Notes: generated from the sequence alone by a model not told the origin. 64,000 nt of DNA from Yuukianura sp. NJ FZ-2021 (GCA_046563655.1 CM102285.1:15128001-15192000); one strand, 5' to 3'; positions 25,532-37,522 are shown, counted from the stretch's first letter. Made by a program: numbers and translations.

Positions 25532-28500
25532 ATGATTTCTGCCAGCTCAATGATTCCCGGAAAAAACGGACCGCAGCCACCTCCGAGTCACGGAATCCTC
25601 AAAACTGCCATTCCACTTCACAGTCTGCATCCAGCAGGTCACGCAGGTCACGGTCACGCAGGTCAAGGTCACGCAGGTCAGACAATGGACAGTCGCATGC
25701 GCATGGACAGTCAGAAGTTCCTCGTTCCGTCACTCCCGTTAAGTGGACCTGCCAGACACGAACCAAATGTCGGAGTTTCACTCAAGCGCAGAGACAGGTC
25801 ACTTTTGAACGGAAACTTAAGTCAGGACAGAGAAAATGGACGGAGGTACGACGCACAGACACGGTTGACCTCTCAAGGTCAAGGTCAAGGTCACGGTCAA
25901 GGTCAACAGCACAGTCCGAGACAGAGGGAGTCCATGTCACCCTACAGTGACCTTGTCATGCACCATCCATATCAAATGTCGCCCAATCCAAGTTACCAAA
26001 TGTCGTCGTCCACTCCGTCGCCAAATGCTTCGCCCAAGGCCATGTCGCCGCCAAACAAAAGTACCCCCAGGGGGTCCTTTTCCCCGGGGGGTCACGGGGG
26101 GCCCTTAACCTCGGGGGGTCACGCGGAACTCAACCTCAGTGGTCGGCTGTACCCCTCAGCACATTCCACCAACGGATACCACACATTGGGCATCCAAGGT
26201 CACCACGCAGCGTTCTTCGCAGCCGCATCCGCGTATCCGCTTTTTGGTGGTCCCCCGTCCCACTACGCTGCTGCTAGTTCCTACCTGGACAGTTTCCACT
26301 CAGGAATACTTGCTCAACAGATGAAGGCCACTGGCAGCATCAGTACTGGCAGTATCAGTACTGGACCAGCATCCAACTACTTGAATCCACACTTGAGAAT
26401 TCCATACCATCCACTCGGAACTTCCACGACGTCACTCCATCCAAATCTGATCGAATCCTCCAGTGAATCCAGGTACAACACGCATGTCCACCATCCTGGA
26501 ATTCCGAGGAATGGGGAGTACCTCATGTCAGTGCCCAAAGGTGAACCGACGCATGCGCAGAAGAAAATGTCAAATGGACATGAAGGGAGTGGCCAAAGGA
26601 GTTGGAGTGACAGGGACCATGTCACGCCGTTGTCATATGGACGCCAGTTTCCCAAAATGTCGGAGGAACCGAGCCAGTACGAGCCGATCCGAGCGGATCC
26701 GAAGCGAATCTACCCGAATCGGGACAAAGAAATGTTTAGACAGCGATTGGCCAAGCCGATCCAGGAGTCGGGTGACGAAGCAGGGTCAAAGGTCAAGGTC
26801 AAACAGTCCAGCATCTTCACTTTTCCGCCTGAAGTACCCCTGGCCCTTCGGAATGGCCATGGACAGGATTTGCACAAAAGTGACCTCGGTCATGTCCAGA
26901 ATCCGTTTCAGCCGCCCGAAAGTCCGAAAAAACGAAAAGTTCCAGCCGAACTTTCCTGGAATTTTTCCAATCCGCAGTCAATTTTGACGAAACAGAGCCA
27001 GAAATCGGACCTTAAGTCCCCCCCTCTCGTGCCAAGGTCACCCTCTTACTACAAAGTACCCAAGAGCCCTTCAGTCACTTTCAAAAGTACCCCCAAAGTA
27101 CCCCCCAGTCCAAAGAAGGTGCTGCAGAACCACAATGAGAACGCAGTCAACTCAAGGTCACTCTTGCTAGCTCCGATTCCGGTGGAGCAGATGCCAGTAC
27201 TGGCAGCATTTCGTCAGGGGTCACTCATTCAGTTGGCATCGGGAGAGGTCAAGTCGGTGGAGAATTTGTGTGGAGAGGACTTTACGCATTCGGCTGCTCA
27301 GATGCTGGATGCTGTCAGCATTGTGTACTGCAAAGTACTGGCAGTACAGCAAGTATTCCCTCCCAGCACAAATGAGTCCACCACCAAGCCGTTTTGCAAA
27401 ATTACACTCGGCATGGAGAAGCATAAACAGCAGGTAAACTTTTCACAAATTTTTAAAGAAAAAGAACATTTACTCTTCCTTAGTTTTTTACTTTTGGGTT
27501 TTGTAAAACTCGATAATTTAATTTGCAATTTTTTTTTTGCAAAATAAAATAAAATTGCGAAAAAATGAAATGTTTGTTTAGAGAATTAGCGCGTGTGTAG
27601 GGCGCAATTAGAAATGCAAAGAAAGGTGCTAAAAGGAAAAACCGCGAATGGGAAATTGCCAATTTTGGAGAATTGCAGAAACCTTGTGTTTGCTTTCCGC
27701 TTGGCAGAATTTGCGTTCCATTGTTGTACGAAATCTGAGCATCTGCCTGCTGCCGCCCATGCAAAAAATTGGCGGTCAGTTCGCAGAATTTCAGAGTTTC
27801 ATCTTCTACTTCTGCAATTTATTCGCATAAATTGAGCTGGACTTCCTGTCTCACAACGTGAGTGTGACACACAGACGGATGCAGACTACTTTTTTTGCAA
27901 ACACAAAAAAAATTGGCAATGTCAAAAAAAGTGTGGAGAAAACGTAAAAGTCAAAAGGAAGCCAAGTAGTATTTTTTTTGCTAAGTTGATCTAAGATAAG
28001 AAGCCATGACTGCAGAAATTTGCAAATTTGCCAATTCTCTTTGTCTGCGATTTTATTGCAAAATGATTCCAGGAAATCGACCTTGTACTACAATAAAAAA
28101 AGAATGACAAAAACACCGATTTTTATGAAATTATGAAAACACTGATTTAATTTTTTATTTTTGAAATTGTGCAAAAGCTGAATTTTTTGTTTTAAATTGA
28201 GGAAAAACTGATTTAATTTTTCTTTGAAATTCTGGAAAAACTAATTTGAATTCTTTTTAAATTGTGGAAAACCTAATTTGAATTTTTTTTTTAAATGTTG
28301 AAAAACTGATTGAAATTTTGATTTTGTCGTAGGTCGTTCTGGATGCAACGCTGGAACAACCATTTTTTGTGCTGAGTCGTGGCTGGTCATCTTTGAGTCC
28401 AGAAATGAGCAAAAAGCTGCTTGAGCTGGAGTGTTCGTCGCTCCAAGTGGGTGACATTTGCATGACGCTGGCACGGTCACCAGGGAAACGAACTGTCCAG

Positions 28501-28863
28501 GGATCCAAACCCAAAATCGCTTCAAAGGGGCCTGGAACTGACTTCCAGGAAACAACTTCAAACAACCCACAAATCGCTTCAAAAGTTCCAGCATCCAGCA
28601 GCTCCAAGAAGATGCTGGAGACGGATGCCCATGACAACAGCGTCACCCAGCCAACGAAGTCCAGCGACAAGAAGTCAATCGCTGCTGAAGCGTCTAAGCC
28701 TCCAGTAGACTCACTTTCTGAAATTCCTGCCAATTCAGCCGATTCGTCTGCCCCTCCAAGTCCCAAGAAGCGTCGCTTATCCAGTCCAGAGGAGGTGGAA
28801 AATCAGCAGAATAAAGAAACCAAAACTGGTGAAACGCTGCCAGAAGAAATTGAAGTGGACTGA
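25532..28863 (+). CDS. ATXN1: Ataxin-1 family protein (AXH domain), ~810 aa
   Basis: Exons 25532-27433 (acceptor at 25511 implies upstream non-coding exons) and 28333-28863, joined in phase 0. AXH signature FRQGSLIQLASGEVKSVENLCGEDF...Q|VVLDATLEQPFFVLSRGWSS...LQVGDICMTL; C-terminal KKRRLSSPE. Confidence 0.92.
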
Positions 28864-30181
28864 ACATGTTCAAGAGCTCATTTCAAAACAGAATTCAAAA
28901 TTCAAAATTTTGAAAAGTTGATTTTTGCTAAGAATCCCCCTTACTTTTGATCTCAACGGATTCCTACAACTGAAGGTGTGGCAATAGAGACTTTTGGAAT
29001 CGGATGGAATCAAAGTACAATCGGATCAATTCAAAATGTTAGGTTATTAACCTTAAATAATTTAAGAATTCCTCTAAGTTAGGTTATTAACCTAACTTAA
29101 TCTATGAATTAAGCGACGAATCCACTGGAAATGACTCAAGTGAAGACAAATTGTCATGCCATAAAAATCGAGCTTTAAACTTTTAGCGCACAGAGTGAGC
29201 ATACTTCCGTAAGGTTTAGACAAAATAGTTACTCCCTAACCTGTCAAAGAAAAATTTCACTCCCTCTGAATGTAAATTGTGATAAATCAATCAGAAATCA
29301 TTTGTTGGTAGCATTAGAAACTTTAGTGTAGATTTAGTTTTTTTCTGAGATTGGGCATGACTGAACAGTAAACGTGGACATCCAAAATTGTGTGATCTTT
29401 AGGATTAGAAAGAAATAGAAAAAAATCAATCAGATTTAGAATTTTCGAGGGCGAAACCCCAAAATCTGAAAATTGGTGCTATTTTAGATTTTGAAAAGAA
29501 TTCGGCTAAATTGATATTTTTAAGATTGTAGCAAACTTATTCGAATTGTTAAAAAGAGCGGCAGAAATTGACTGTAATTGTAATACGTCCTTCCCCTCCC
29601 CTTTTTAAAGTAACTTTTTAGTTTTTAGTAAAAATGAAAAGATCAATGTGATACTTTGACTCGAAATCTAAAAAATGTTGATGTTAATAATAAACTAACT
29701 CATGTAAATTTTAAGAGGGTGAATTATAACAAGTAAGTTTAATTGGATTAATTGAGAAAAATAAGAACCTTGTACCTATTTATTTTAAATTTTGAAAAAG
29801 AGGAGTAATAATTTAATTTGTGGTCGCAAATCCCAATGGAATTGATGTACCTAATTAATAAAAGTGTAAATTGTAACAATTATTTTAAAAATTTAAGACA
29901 CAAGAGTGTTACTTTGTCCTCACTTCAACCTCAAAACGACCACAACAGGACTTGTGTCCATCTGGAATTGATTTTGTGTATAAAATTCTAAAATTTCCAA
30001 ATGAAATTAATAAAAACCAATTCAAAATTAGTGAATTTTTGAAACGATGAATTAAAAGGAGAGGAGTTAAGTGAATTTAATGTGGATCTTCTGAACACAA
30101 CCACATTGTCCAACAATTTACTTTCGAAGTATCTTATAATTTGGTACATACATGAGTCAAAAGTTGTAGTTTTTAGTCCGA

Positions 30182-31450
30182 TTATTTTGCTGCTTTCCTT
30201 TGTCGTGGACTCTGTTTCGGAGATGAGTTTCCTGGATAAGATCAAATTACAACTTTAACAAAAAGTTTTTGTGAAAAACTTGTAAGGTTTAATTGGAAAA
30301 GTGAAGCTTACGGGAGATCTCTCGGAGTGTTTCTTTTGGGAGCCACTCAAAGTCCACATCGTCAGATTGTCCTGTTCCTCGTTCGATCGTTTGTTTCCTG
30401 GAGCTGGTTTTCTTACTAAAGGAAGTGAGGAAGTGTTGTCCAACAACCAGCAGAAGTACAATTAAAGCGGCAAGGAAGATGTAGAGGAAGAACGTTTCTC
30501 CGTCCAAGCCCTCCTCAAACTCAATCACGGTCACTGTCTGGTTGTACACAGCCTCTTGGTATGGTTTTCCATCCTGCAAATAATCAAAAGTGAGAATATG
30601 TTTTACAGTGCTCAGTTTTTAGTGTACTGTTTGTAAACTTACAACATCTCTGTAGGCAAGGTTGACAGTGAGACCAAAGGGCCTTCCGGCAAACGATTCG
30701 TCAACGTAGAATCTGTAGCTGAACGTCGTTTGTTCCTTTGGTTTGACAACTTTGCTGTAAGTGGCACTTGTGAAGTTCTGGATGTGGAATGAGTAATCCT
30801 GCGGATATCGGAACGAAGCGTCCAAGTTTTCAACTGTAAATGCCTTCTCGCCCTTGTTCACGAACCCAACCAAAAATTCCACGAGTTTTCCAGCATGTAG
30901 TTCTGTAAACACAAATGATCAAATTAAAATCATCAACTACAACGATCGATGTTTGAGTATTTTTAAGAAATTGATCAGAGGTTCCTTAGAAATAGATGAG
31001 ATCATTAAAGATCAGGATTTCAAGATGTGCATCATTTAAAACTACACTTGATCTTAAGAAATTAACTCTAGAAATGATCTTACCCGGTCCGTGGGATCCG
31101 GCAAGACCCGGAGCTGGTTTGAAGAACAGAATGCTTGTTTCAGCGTATTCAGATTTCCCTAACCCTGTCGCATCGCCGTCGTCTTCTAAAACCCCGTCGC
31201 TGTCAATCACATCTTCAGCACCGTGGCTCTCAATTGTGTCATCGTCCTCATCAGCAATGTCCTCTTCCTCTTCGAGATCATCCTCCGCAGATACTGTGTA
31301 ACCTGCAGTAACAAAGTTTAACTTTAGTAATCAGATTCTTAGAAATTTAGTGGAAAGTAGTGATTTGTTACCTTTCTGGGAGATGAGTGTGACAATGGGT
31401 AGTGCAAGGAGGACGACGAGCAAGAACTTGTTCCAATTGAACAGCAGCAT
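30182..31450 (-). CDS. SSR1: Translocon-associated protein subunit alpha (TRAP-alpha), 289 aa
   Basis: Exons 31450-31372, 31302-31084, 30902-30643, 30573-30312, 30231-30182. Signal peptide, acidic N-terminus, LDASFRYPQDYSFHIQNFT, GLDGETFFLYIFL TM segment, DVDFEWLPKETL, and C-terminal SPKQSPRQRKA. Confidence 0.96.
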
Positions 31451-31900
31451 GACTGTATTTTCTAATTTACCAGTGTATTTAATCAATTGAAGTTAACTGT
31501 TTCTCAGCTGTGTTTCGGTGGAAGTGATGTTGAGAACTGACGTTTCACGAGTGGGGTAAATGAGGAACTTAATTAGAATCTGCGTTAGCTGACGATAGAC
31601 CAACTTGCAGTTGTTTTTGGAATGACGATACCCTAGATCAGATGTGAATTGGCCAACGAGGTGTGAAGTGAAGTCGAGGCCGGCTTTCTGACAGACAACT
31701 CAGACGATGTGGCAAAAATAAAACAAGGCGCCAACTTTAAATTCACAAACAAACAACCACAGCTGCGCCTTTTAGCTCGGCGGAATAAAATAAAATTTAA
31801 AATCAAATCATCCGCACCACACAATTATTCAAAGCTTGATTTTGAATTTTGATATTTTGAAAAACAAATTTTTGTCAATTTAAATTTGTCCAAAAGCTAA

Positions 31901-32123
31901 ATTACAGTTGAATTTTTATCAATTCAACCACATTCAAAAATTAGATTATAGGTGAATTTTTATAAATTCAACCACATCCAAAAATTGGATTATAGTTGGA
32001 TTTTTATCAATTCATCTAACAATTAAATTATAGTTGAATTTTTATAAATTCAACCACGTCCAGAAGTTAGAGTACAACTGAATTTTTGTCAATTCTACCA
32101 CGTAAAGGTGAATTTTTCTCAAT
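31901..32123. repeat. ~44-bp tandem repeat (about 5.5 copies) with an internal inverted repeat
   Basis: Unit attatagttgaatttttataaattcaaccacatccaaaaattgg; the core GTTGAATT...AATTCAAC is self-complementary. Confidence 0.85.
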
Positions 32124-32209
32124 AATTCACATAATATTTACAATAATTTGGCGCATGAATAATTTACATGTATGAGGAGAGTTGCTGAAAGTTTGACAAC
32201 AAAACCTGT

Positions 32210-32218
32210 GGCGCGAAA
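32210..32218 (-). promoter_or_regulatory. E2F-like site upstream of TFB5/ZNHIT1
   Basis: GGCGCGAAA (reverse complement TTTCGCGCC) about 140 nt upstream of the TFB5 ATG. Confidence 0.35.
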
Positions 32219-32356
32219 ACAAATTAAAAACTTACATTTTAATTTGAAGTTTTCAATTCCAATTCGCAATCGCAGGAAATAAATAAAATTTGTAACATTT
32301 TGCGTGCTTAAACAATTAACAATTTGTGTAAGTTTGTTCTAATGTTGTAATCAAGT

Positions 32357-32651
32357 ATGGTGAATGTTACAAAGGGGGTACTGGTCGAATGGTAAGTTGC
32401 GGTAGTATAAGGTAAAACGACACCTAAGCTTCTGTGTGCTTTTGAAATAAATTTTGTGTTTTTTTTTGAATGGCAGTGATCCAGCTATAAAACAGTTCTT
32501 GTTGAACTTGGATGACACTTACGCTCTTGGTCGGAAATTTGTGCTGCACGACCTTGACGAAAAGCATTTGTTTATCGAGGCTGACATTCTGAAGACGATT
32601 CAAGACAAAATTGATGAACTCCTGGAGAAAATGAGCGTTCGAATTGAATAG
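32357..32651 (+). CDS. GTF2H5: TFIIH subunit p8/TTDA (TFB5), 69 aa
   Basis: Exons 32357-32391 and 32477-32651 give MVNVTKGVLVECDPAIKQFLLNLDDTYALGRKFVLHDLDEKHLFIEADILKTIQDKIDELLEKMSVRIE, the Tfb5 signature. Confidence 0.96.
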
Positions 32652-32774
32652 ATTCATTTTTGGACAGCGTTATCATCGCAATAAACATAATTCGGCTCAT
32701 TTCCACTATAAACCAATCATCAAGCACTGCTGCCACTTTACTTGTCAATTGTTGTTACTCCTTCGTTGTGAGCA

Positions 32775-33368
32775 ATGGCGGCGGCAGCTCGAGCAAGAGA
32801 AGTTGGGAAGATCCTGGACCAAGTAGCGAGGTCACGGAGACAGAAAAAAGCTTTGGAAGCACTTGAGCAGGATAACTTTCACGATGAACCACACGCAGAT
32901 CTTGGTAAAAACTTAGACTCTAAATTCTAAACAAGTCTCAATGTTGTTTATTTTGCAGTTATGAACAAAAGGGCCCCTAAGTTCCAGGAAGCCCTTGATC
33001 CCACCAAGGGTACTTCAAGAAAACGAAAGTTTCGCTCAGCTGATCACTACAAAAAGTAAGTTCTTAGTCACAAAAACTTCAACTTTTGTGTCCTAAGTAG
33101 ATAACTCTGAAGTTCGCTAATTCTAAATGTTTCCAGATACCGAAAAAATATCCCGCAGATGATTGAAGAGGACATTCAGAAGAGACCAGACGGGAACTGC
33201 CCTTACGTTTCTGCTCAAGCGCCGCCTTCGAAGCTTCCTCCCCGCCATTTCTGCAATGTGTGTGGATTCCCCTCTACCTACACTTGTGTCCAGTGCGGAG
33301 TCAAGTACTGCTGTTCAAAGTGTTACAAAACGCATCAAGACACACGCTGCCTCAAGTGGACAGCCTGA
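32775..33368 (+). CDS. ZNHIT1: Zinc finger HIT domain protein 1 (SRCAP/SWR1 subunit, Vps71/Swc6 homolog), 152 aa
   Basis: Exons 32775-32904, 32959-33055, 33137-33368. LEALEQDNFHDEPHADL, and the zf-HIT motif PPRHFCNVCGFPSTYTCVQCGVKYCCSKCYKTHQDTRCLKWTA. Confidence 0.95.
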
Positions 33369-33601
33369 AATTACACTAATTTTGTAAAGTTTCTCGTTTT
33401 ATTCAGGGAATCGCTTCACTTTTGTATCAAATCTTCCTAAAAGTTTCTAATTATAGTTCTCTCTTTGTTTAAGATTTGGAATTCTGGCGTATTAAAACCC
33501 TCTTCTGAACTCTGTAACTCTTGAACTTCTTCACGTACTGGCCTTGTTCAAGTAAACTTTAAACTGAAAGTTTAAATCTTTGTACTAAGTAAATCTGTGC
33601 A

Positions 33602-35692
33602 TCACGTTAGGTACGGACTGTCCAGTGCACCAGCCCCGACCACCACTCCACCTTCGTTTGAAGTATTTTCTTTAGATCGGATCATGTGCCCAACTTCTTG
33701 GTTCAGATGGATAGTGTCAGCATTTCTAAGAAACAGAACCAACATTTTTAAAATGTCACTTTCAAAATTCAAAATATCAAAATGTCATTTTCAAAAGTCA
33801 AAATCTGAAATTCCGTTTGTGTAACTTACCCGATAATGACACCGAAAACTCCGAGTTCACTGATGAGGTCCGTGTACAAAGCGTCTTCATGTCCAGGCCT
33901 GACCAAGTAGTTCTTCTGTGTCGGTGCATTGATCTTGTCCATCAGAATCCACCCATGTCTGTCCCGAGAATGTCGGATTTTGGTCAGATGAGTGGCAATG
34001 TCACCATCATACAGATTGTTGCCACCGCCTTCTCGTTGTGGCTTCAGCACAAACTTGGATGGATTTTTAATCGCCAGGTCAATCATGGCTTCTGACTTGG
34101 GGTCATTCTGAGGTCAAAGGTCAAACAAAAAATGTCAACCTTTAAAAAACCAAAACATGATATTGTTTAGAAAAATTTTTAAATCCTTACAACATCCAGC
34201 GAGTAAAGTCCCGTAAAAACTTCTCTGACGGCTTTGATCTGCTCAGGATCACTAAGAAATCTCTCCAGAATTCCTGGACGGGCCAATTCCTGTTGAATTT
34301 TCTTGGATCCAGCGAGATGGTACTGGACAGAAGGGCACTTGATGGCCTTTGACCTCTCGATCTGCACACGCGCTTGCCACTCTACCTCAGAATGGTAAAA
34401 ATCAGGAACATAACCAGATCGATAGTAAACCACAGCGATTTCAATGTCGTCTCTGTTCAGAAGAAAAGTAGAATTTAGTAATCGCTGATTCCAGAATTTA
34501 GTAATCGCTGATTTGGAGTTTATCGCTGCAACTTACAGGAATAAGCGTCGCTGCGCTCCGAGATGAAAATGATTTCCGATTTCAGTCAACGTTCGACGCA
34601 GTACTCGGACGTGAGGATTTTTAGCTTGGATTTCAAATTCGATGTGTCGCTGATCTCCGAAATTGAACGACTTGTCTTCAACTACGAACAAAATGGCGGA
34701 GCTGAAATAAAAAATGGCAATGATTTTTTTTTCAAACTAAAACATTTGTAATTTTTGAAAAATACTTCTTTGAGGTCTTTTTTGCGTTATAGAGAGCATA
34801 GGCTGCCAGTAGAGCGTCAGCGAATCCTGGAAGCGTTTGACTTGTTGGGATATTGGCGTTAGCTCCAGCGTCGAATTCCTGTCCACGAGATGCTACGGCG
34901 TACCTGAATATTTAGAAAATTTAAAAAAAAATTTAAAAAATAAAATTTTAAGTTTTAAAAATGTTTTTACACATTTTTTTTTCTACTCACTTGTGCCAAT
35001 TGGGAAGGAAGGAAGTGAGAGCTCCAAAACTGGCAGCGATTGTGTTGAATTCGACTTGTTTGATTGTTCCGGATTCAGAATCGACCATGTAATCGGATCG
35101 GAACAGACCCAGTGACCATTTCTAAGTAATCGATTAATCAATTTCAGTAATCGATTAATTTCAGTTTAACATTTTAGACAGTTTACCTGTGCCACACCCT
35201 CCGTCAGAACTTCTTGGTAAATCTGAACAAGTCTGTGCAGGAAGGGGTCTGCGTCACACGCTCTAAAAACGATTTGCAATCGATTAATTTAAGTTTTAAC
35301 CCAATTACTAATTAGTAATTGTGTGACACTTACTCTAGCAGAGTCTGTCGGATAAACTGGTCATCGTAGGCCACTCTATGCATAAGTTCGTTCAAAGTGC
35401 GCTGAAGATCCTTGGCCTTCTGGAACTCTGACCTCGGGAACTTGGAGGGAAAGAGGACAAAGGGAGCAAAAGTAATCGTTTCACGGGAGAAATGTTCTTT
35501 ACTTCGCATTCCAACACCTGAAACAAAAGCAAAAGAAACGATTCGAATTAATTTTCCTTTTTCATGTTGTTAATTGATGAATTAAAGTGACTTACCGTGA
35601 AGAAGTGCCCAGTCCCTTCCCTTCTCTACGAGTTCCTTCAACTGCTCGTCCTTCTCCACTGGCAACGGAATGTAATCGTTCTCTGAAGTCAT
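33602..35692 (-). CDS. GSS: Glutathione synthetase
   Basis: Nine exons: 35692-35596, 35517-35334, 35262-35187, 35121-34991, 34903-34766, 34701-34537, 34452-34191, 34107-33830, 33725-33602. Motifs [65 protein letters not shown]. Confidence 0.96.
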
Positions 35693-36323
35693 TTTGATTT
35701 CAGATTTTAACAATTGAGCTTCCGTTTCCGAATGACTCCGGACAGCGGTCGAATGACAAGTGACAGATCCAAATCTGCTTCCTTTGGTAATAAACCTACA
35801 ATTCCATTAAGTGTGCATTGCTAAGTAATTTTCCTCACAAGATAACAGGATGACGCAACTAATCAGCTTACTTATCAAAGCTCTTCAGAGGTCAAGGTCA
35901 AGGAGGATGGGCCATTGGGCGAGGCGAATCGGATGATGGAACCTTTGTTCTAAGGTGGAGCTGGACCCGGACTTGGAGATAGTTGCTAAATCCAAAATGT
36001 AAGCTAAAACGTCAATTGAAAAATTGATGAGCTAATTAACTACAAAAACAAGCGTACCGGAGTTGAGTTGAAGGTGAAGCTGATGATCCGAACCGGGAGC
36101 TGCAAACCGGTAAATTCTGGACACTCCATCAGCTGATTTACTGATTCTCTTTTGGTTTTTGTTTACACGAGGAGAACGCGGAGGGAGGGCGGAAATCTCT
36201 CTCTCTCATACCTTTTGTTTCTTCAATTCAATTCACCTTTCAATTAACACCGACGGAGCTGCTGCGTACACTGGAAGGATTTTCTGGATACTGGAACCAA
36301 TTTAACTTAAACGTAACCCAGCA

Positions 36324-37522
36324 ATGATCATGTATTCACGCATGGTTAGTAGTGACAACTTGAGTATCTTGGTATTTAGACATTCATTATTCAATTGATT
36401 TACAGAATTCCATCATGTGGCAGTGGCGGGGATCACCTATTGACGGAAGTTGGTGGGGAACGGATAACGAAGAAGAACGATCAGAAAACGTTTACGACGA
36501 AGACGATGAATTTTCCATCGAAGAGGTTGTGAGTCCACAGAAGAATCGGGGTTCCGGCCGGACCGGTAGTTCCGGTACTCAAACCGGTACCGGTAGCCAA
36601 AGTTCGGAAGACATCTTATCATGCAATTCGGAGCCTATGAATATCAATTCCAATCAACATGAAAGGTCAACTGAAACACTAAAACTAATATGATTTTCAT
36701 TTCAATTGGTTTGATATTCGTGATTATCTGATTAGGAAGCGCAAGAGGTCACCCTCTCCGAAGAGGGGAGATGCAAAACGGACTCAGAATTCAATGAAGG
36801 TGGACGAAGACTTTGACATTGAAGAAATCGACGACGATGATCCCAATCAGTCAACCTCCTTCAATACTTCTGCCCTTGCCAATTTCCAGGACAGTATGTG
36901 TACCATGACAGTGAACACAGAGAACGGAACGGCACATCCACATCGTCGTCCCAGTTTCTACGAAACCATTTCTTACAATCTGACCAACACGAGGACACTG
37001 CGCAAGCAACTGGACAACTTCATGCCAGCCATTCATCTGGACATTGTCTGTTTCTACTGTTGGCAAAACCAGGACGGGGGCCCTTGGCAAGCCTTGGTCA
37101 AAGATGCTGACAATACTTTTTCAATCATCGAGTCATTCGCCTGTCCTCAAAAAAATGGAGCTCCCTTGGTCACCGGTCGTCGGTATCGATTTGAAGGACT
37201 GATTGTCCTTCAACATGTGATTTTGCCATTGTAAGAACCAACCATGAAAAGTAAAAATTCAAAAAATTTTAAAAAGTTGACTCAAAAACTTTTTTTTTGT
37301 AGATCGTCTCCGATTTTCCAAGTTTTGAGTTCAGTTGGACAGAACCAAATCGACTACTTTCGTCTCTGCGTCACTCCAGAAACAAATTGGACCGAACTCC
37401 CGTCCAACATCATCGCAATTCCGTTTGAACCATTCGAACGTCTTGGATTTCCGTCACACTTTTTCCAGCGTCTGGAAAATCTAAGATTCTCATTCACCCG
37501 GAACTTCTTTGTTCCAGATTAA
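36324..37522 (+). CDS. Uncharacterised ~331-aa protein: acidic disordered N-half with NLS-like RKRKR, beta-rich C-terminal domain
   Basis: Phase-consistent exons 36324-36344, 36406-36665, 36736-37230, 37303-37522 join ORFs 36415, 36794 and 37244. The start could instead be the ATG at 36415. AATAAA near 37716. Confidence 0.7.

Noticed and set aside
31901..32123. CRISPR-like array (palindromic repeats at regular spacing)
   Set aside because: The intervening segments are short and similar to each other, the repeats are degenerate, the context is eukaryotic and no cas genes are present.
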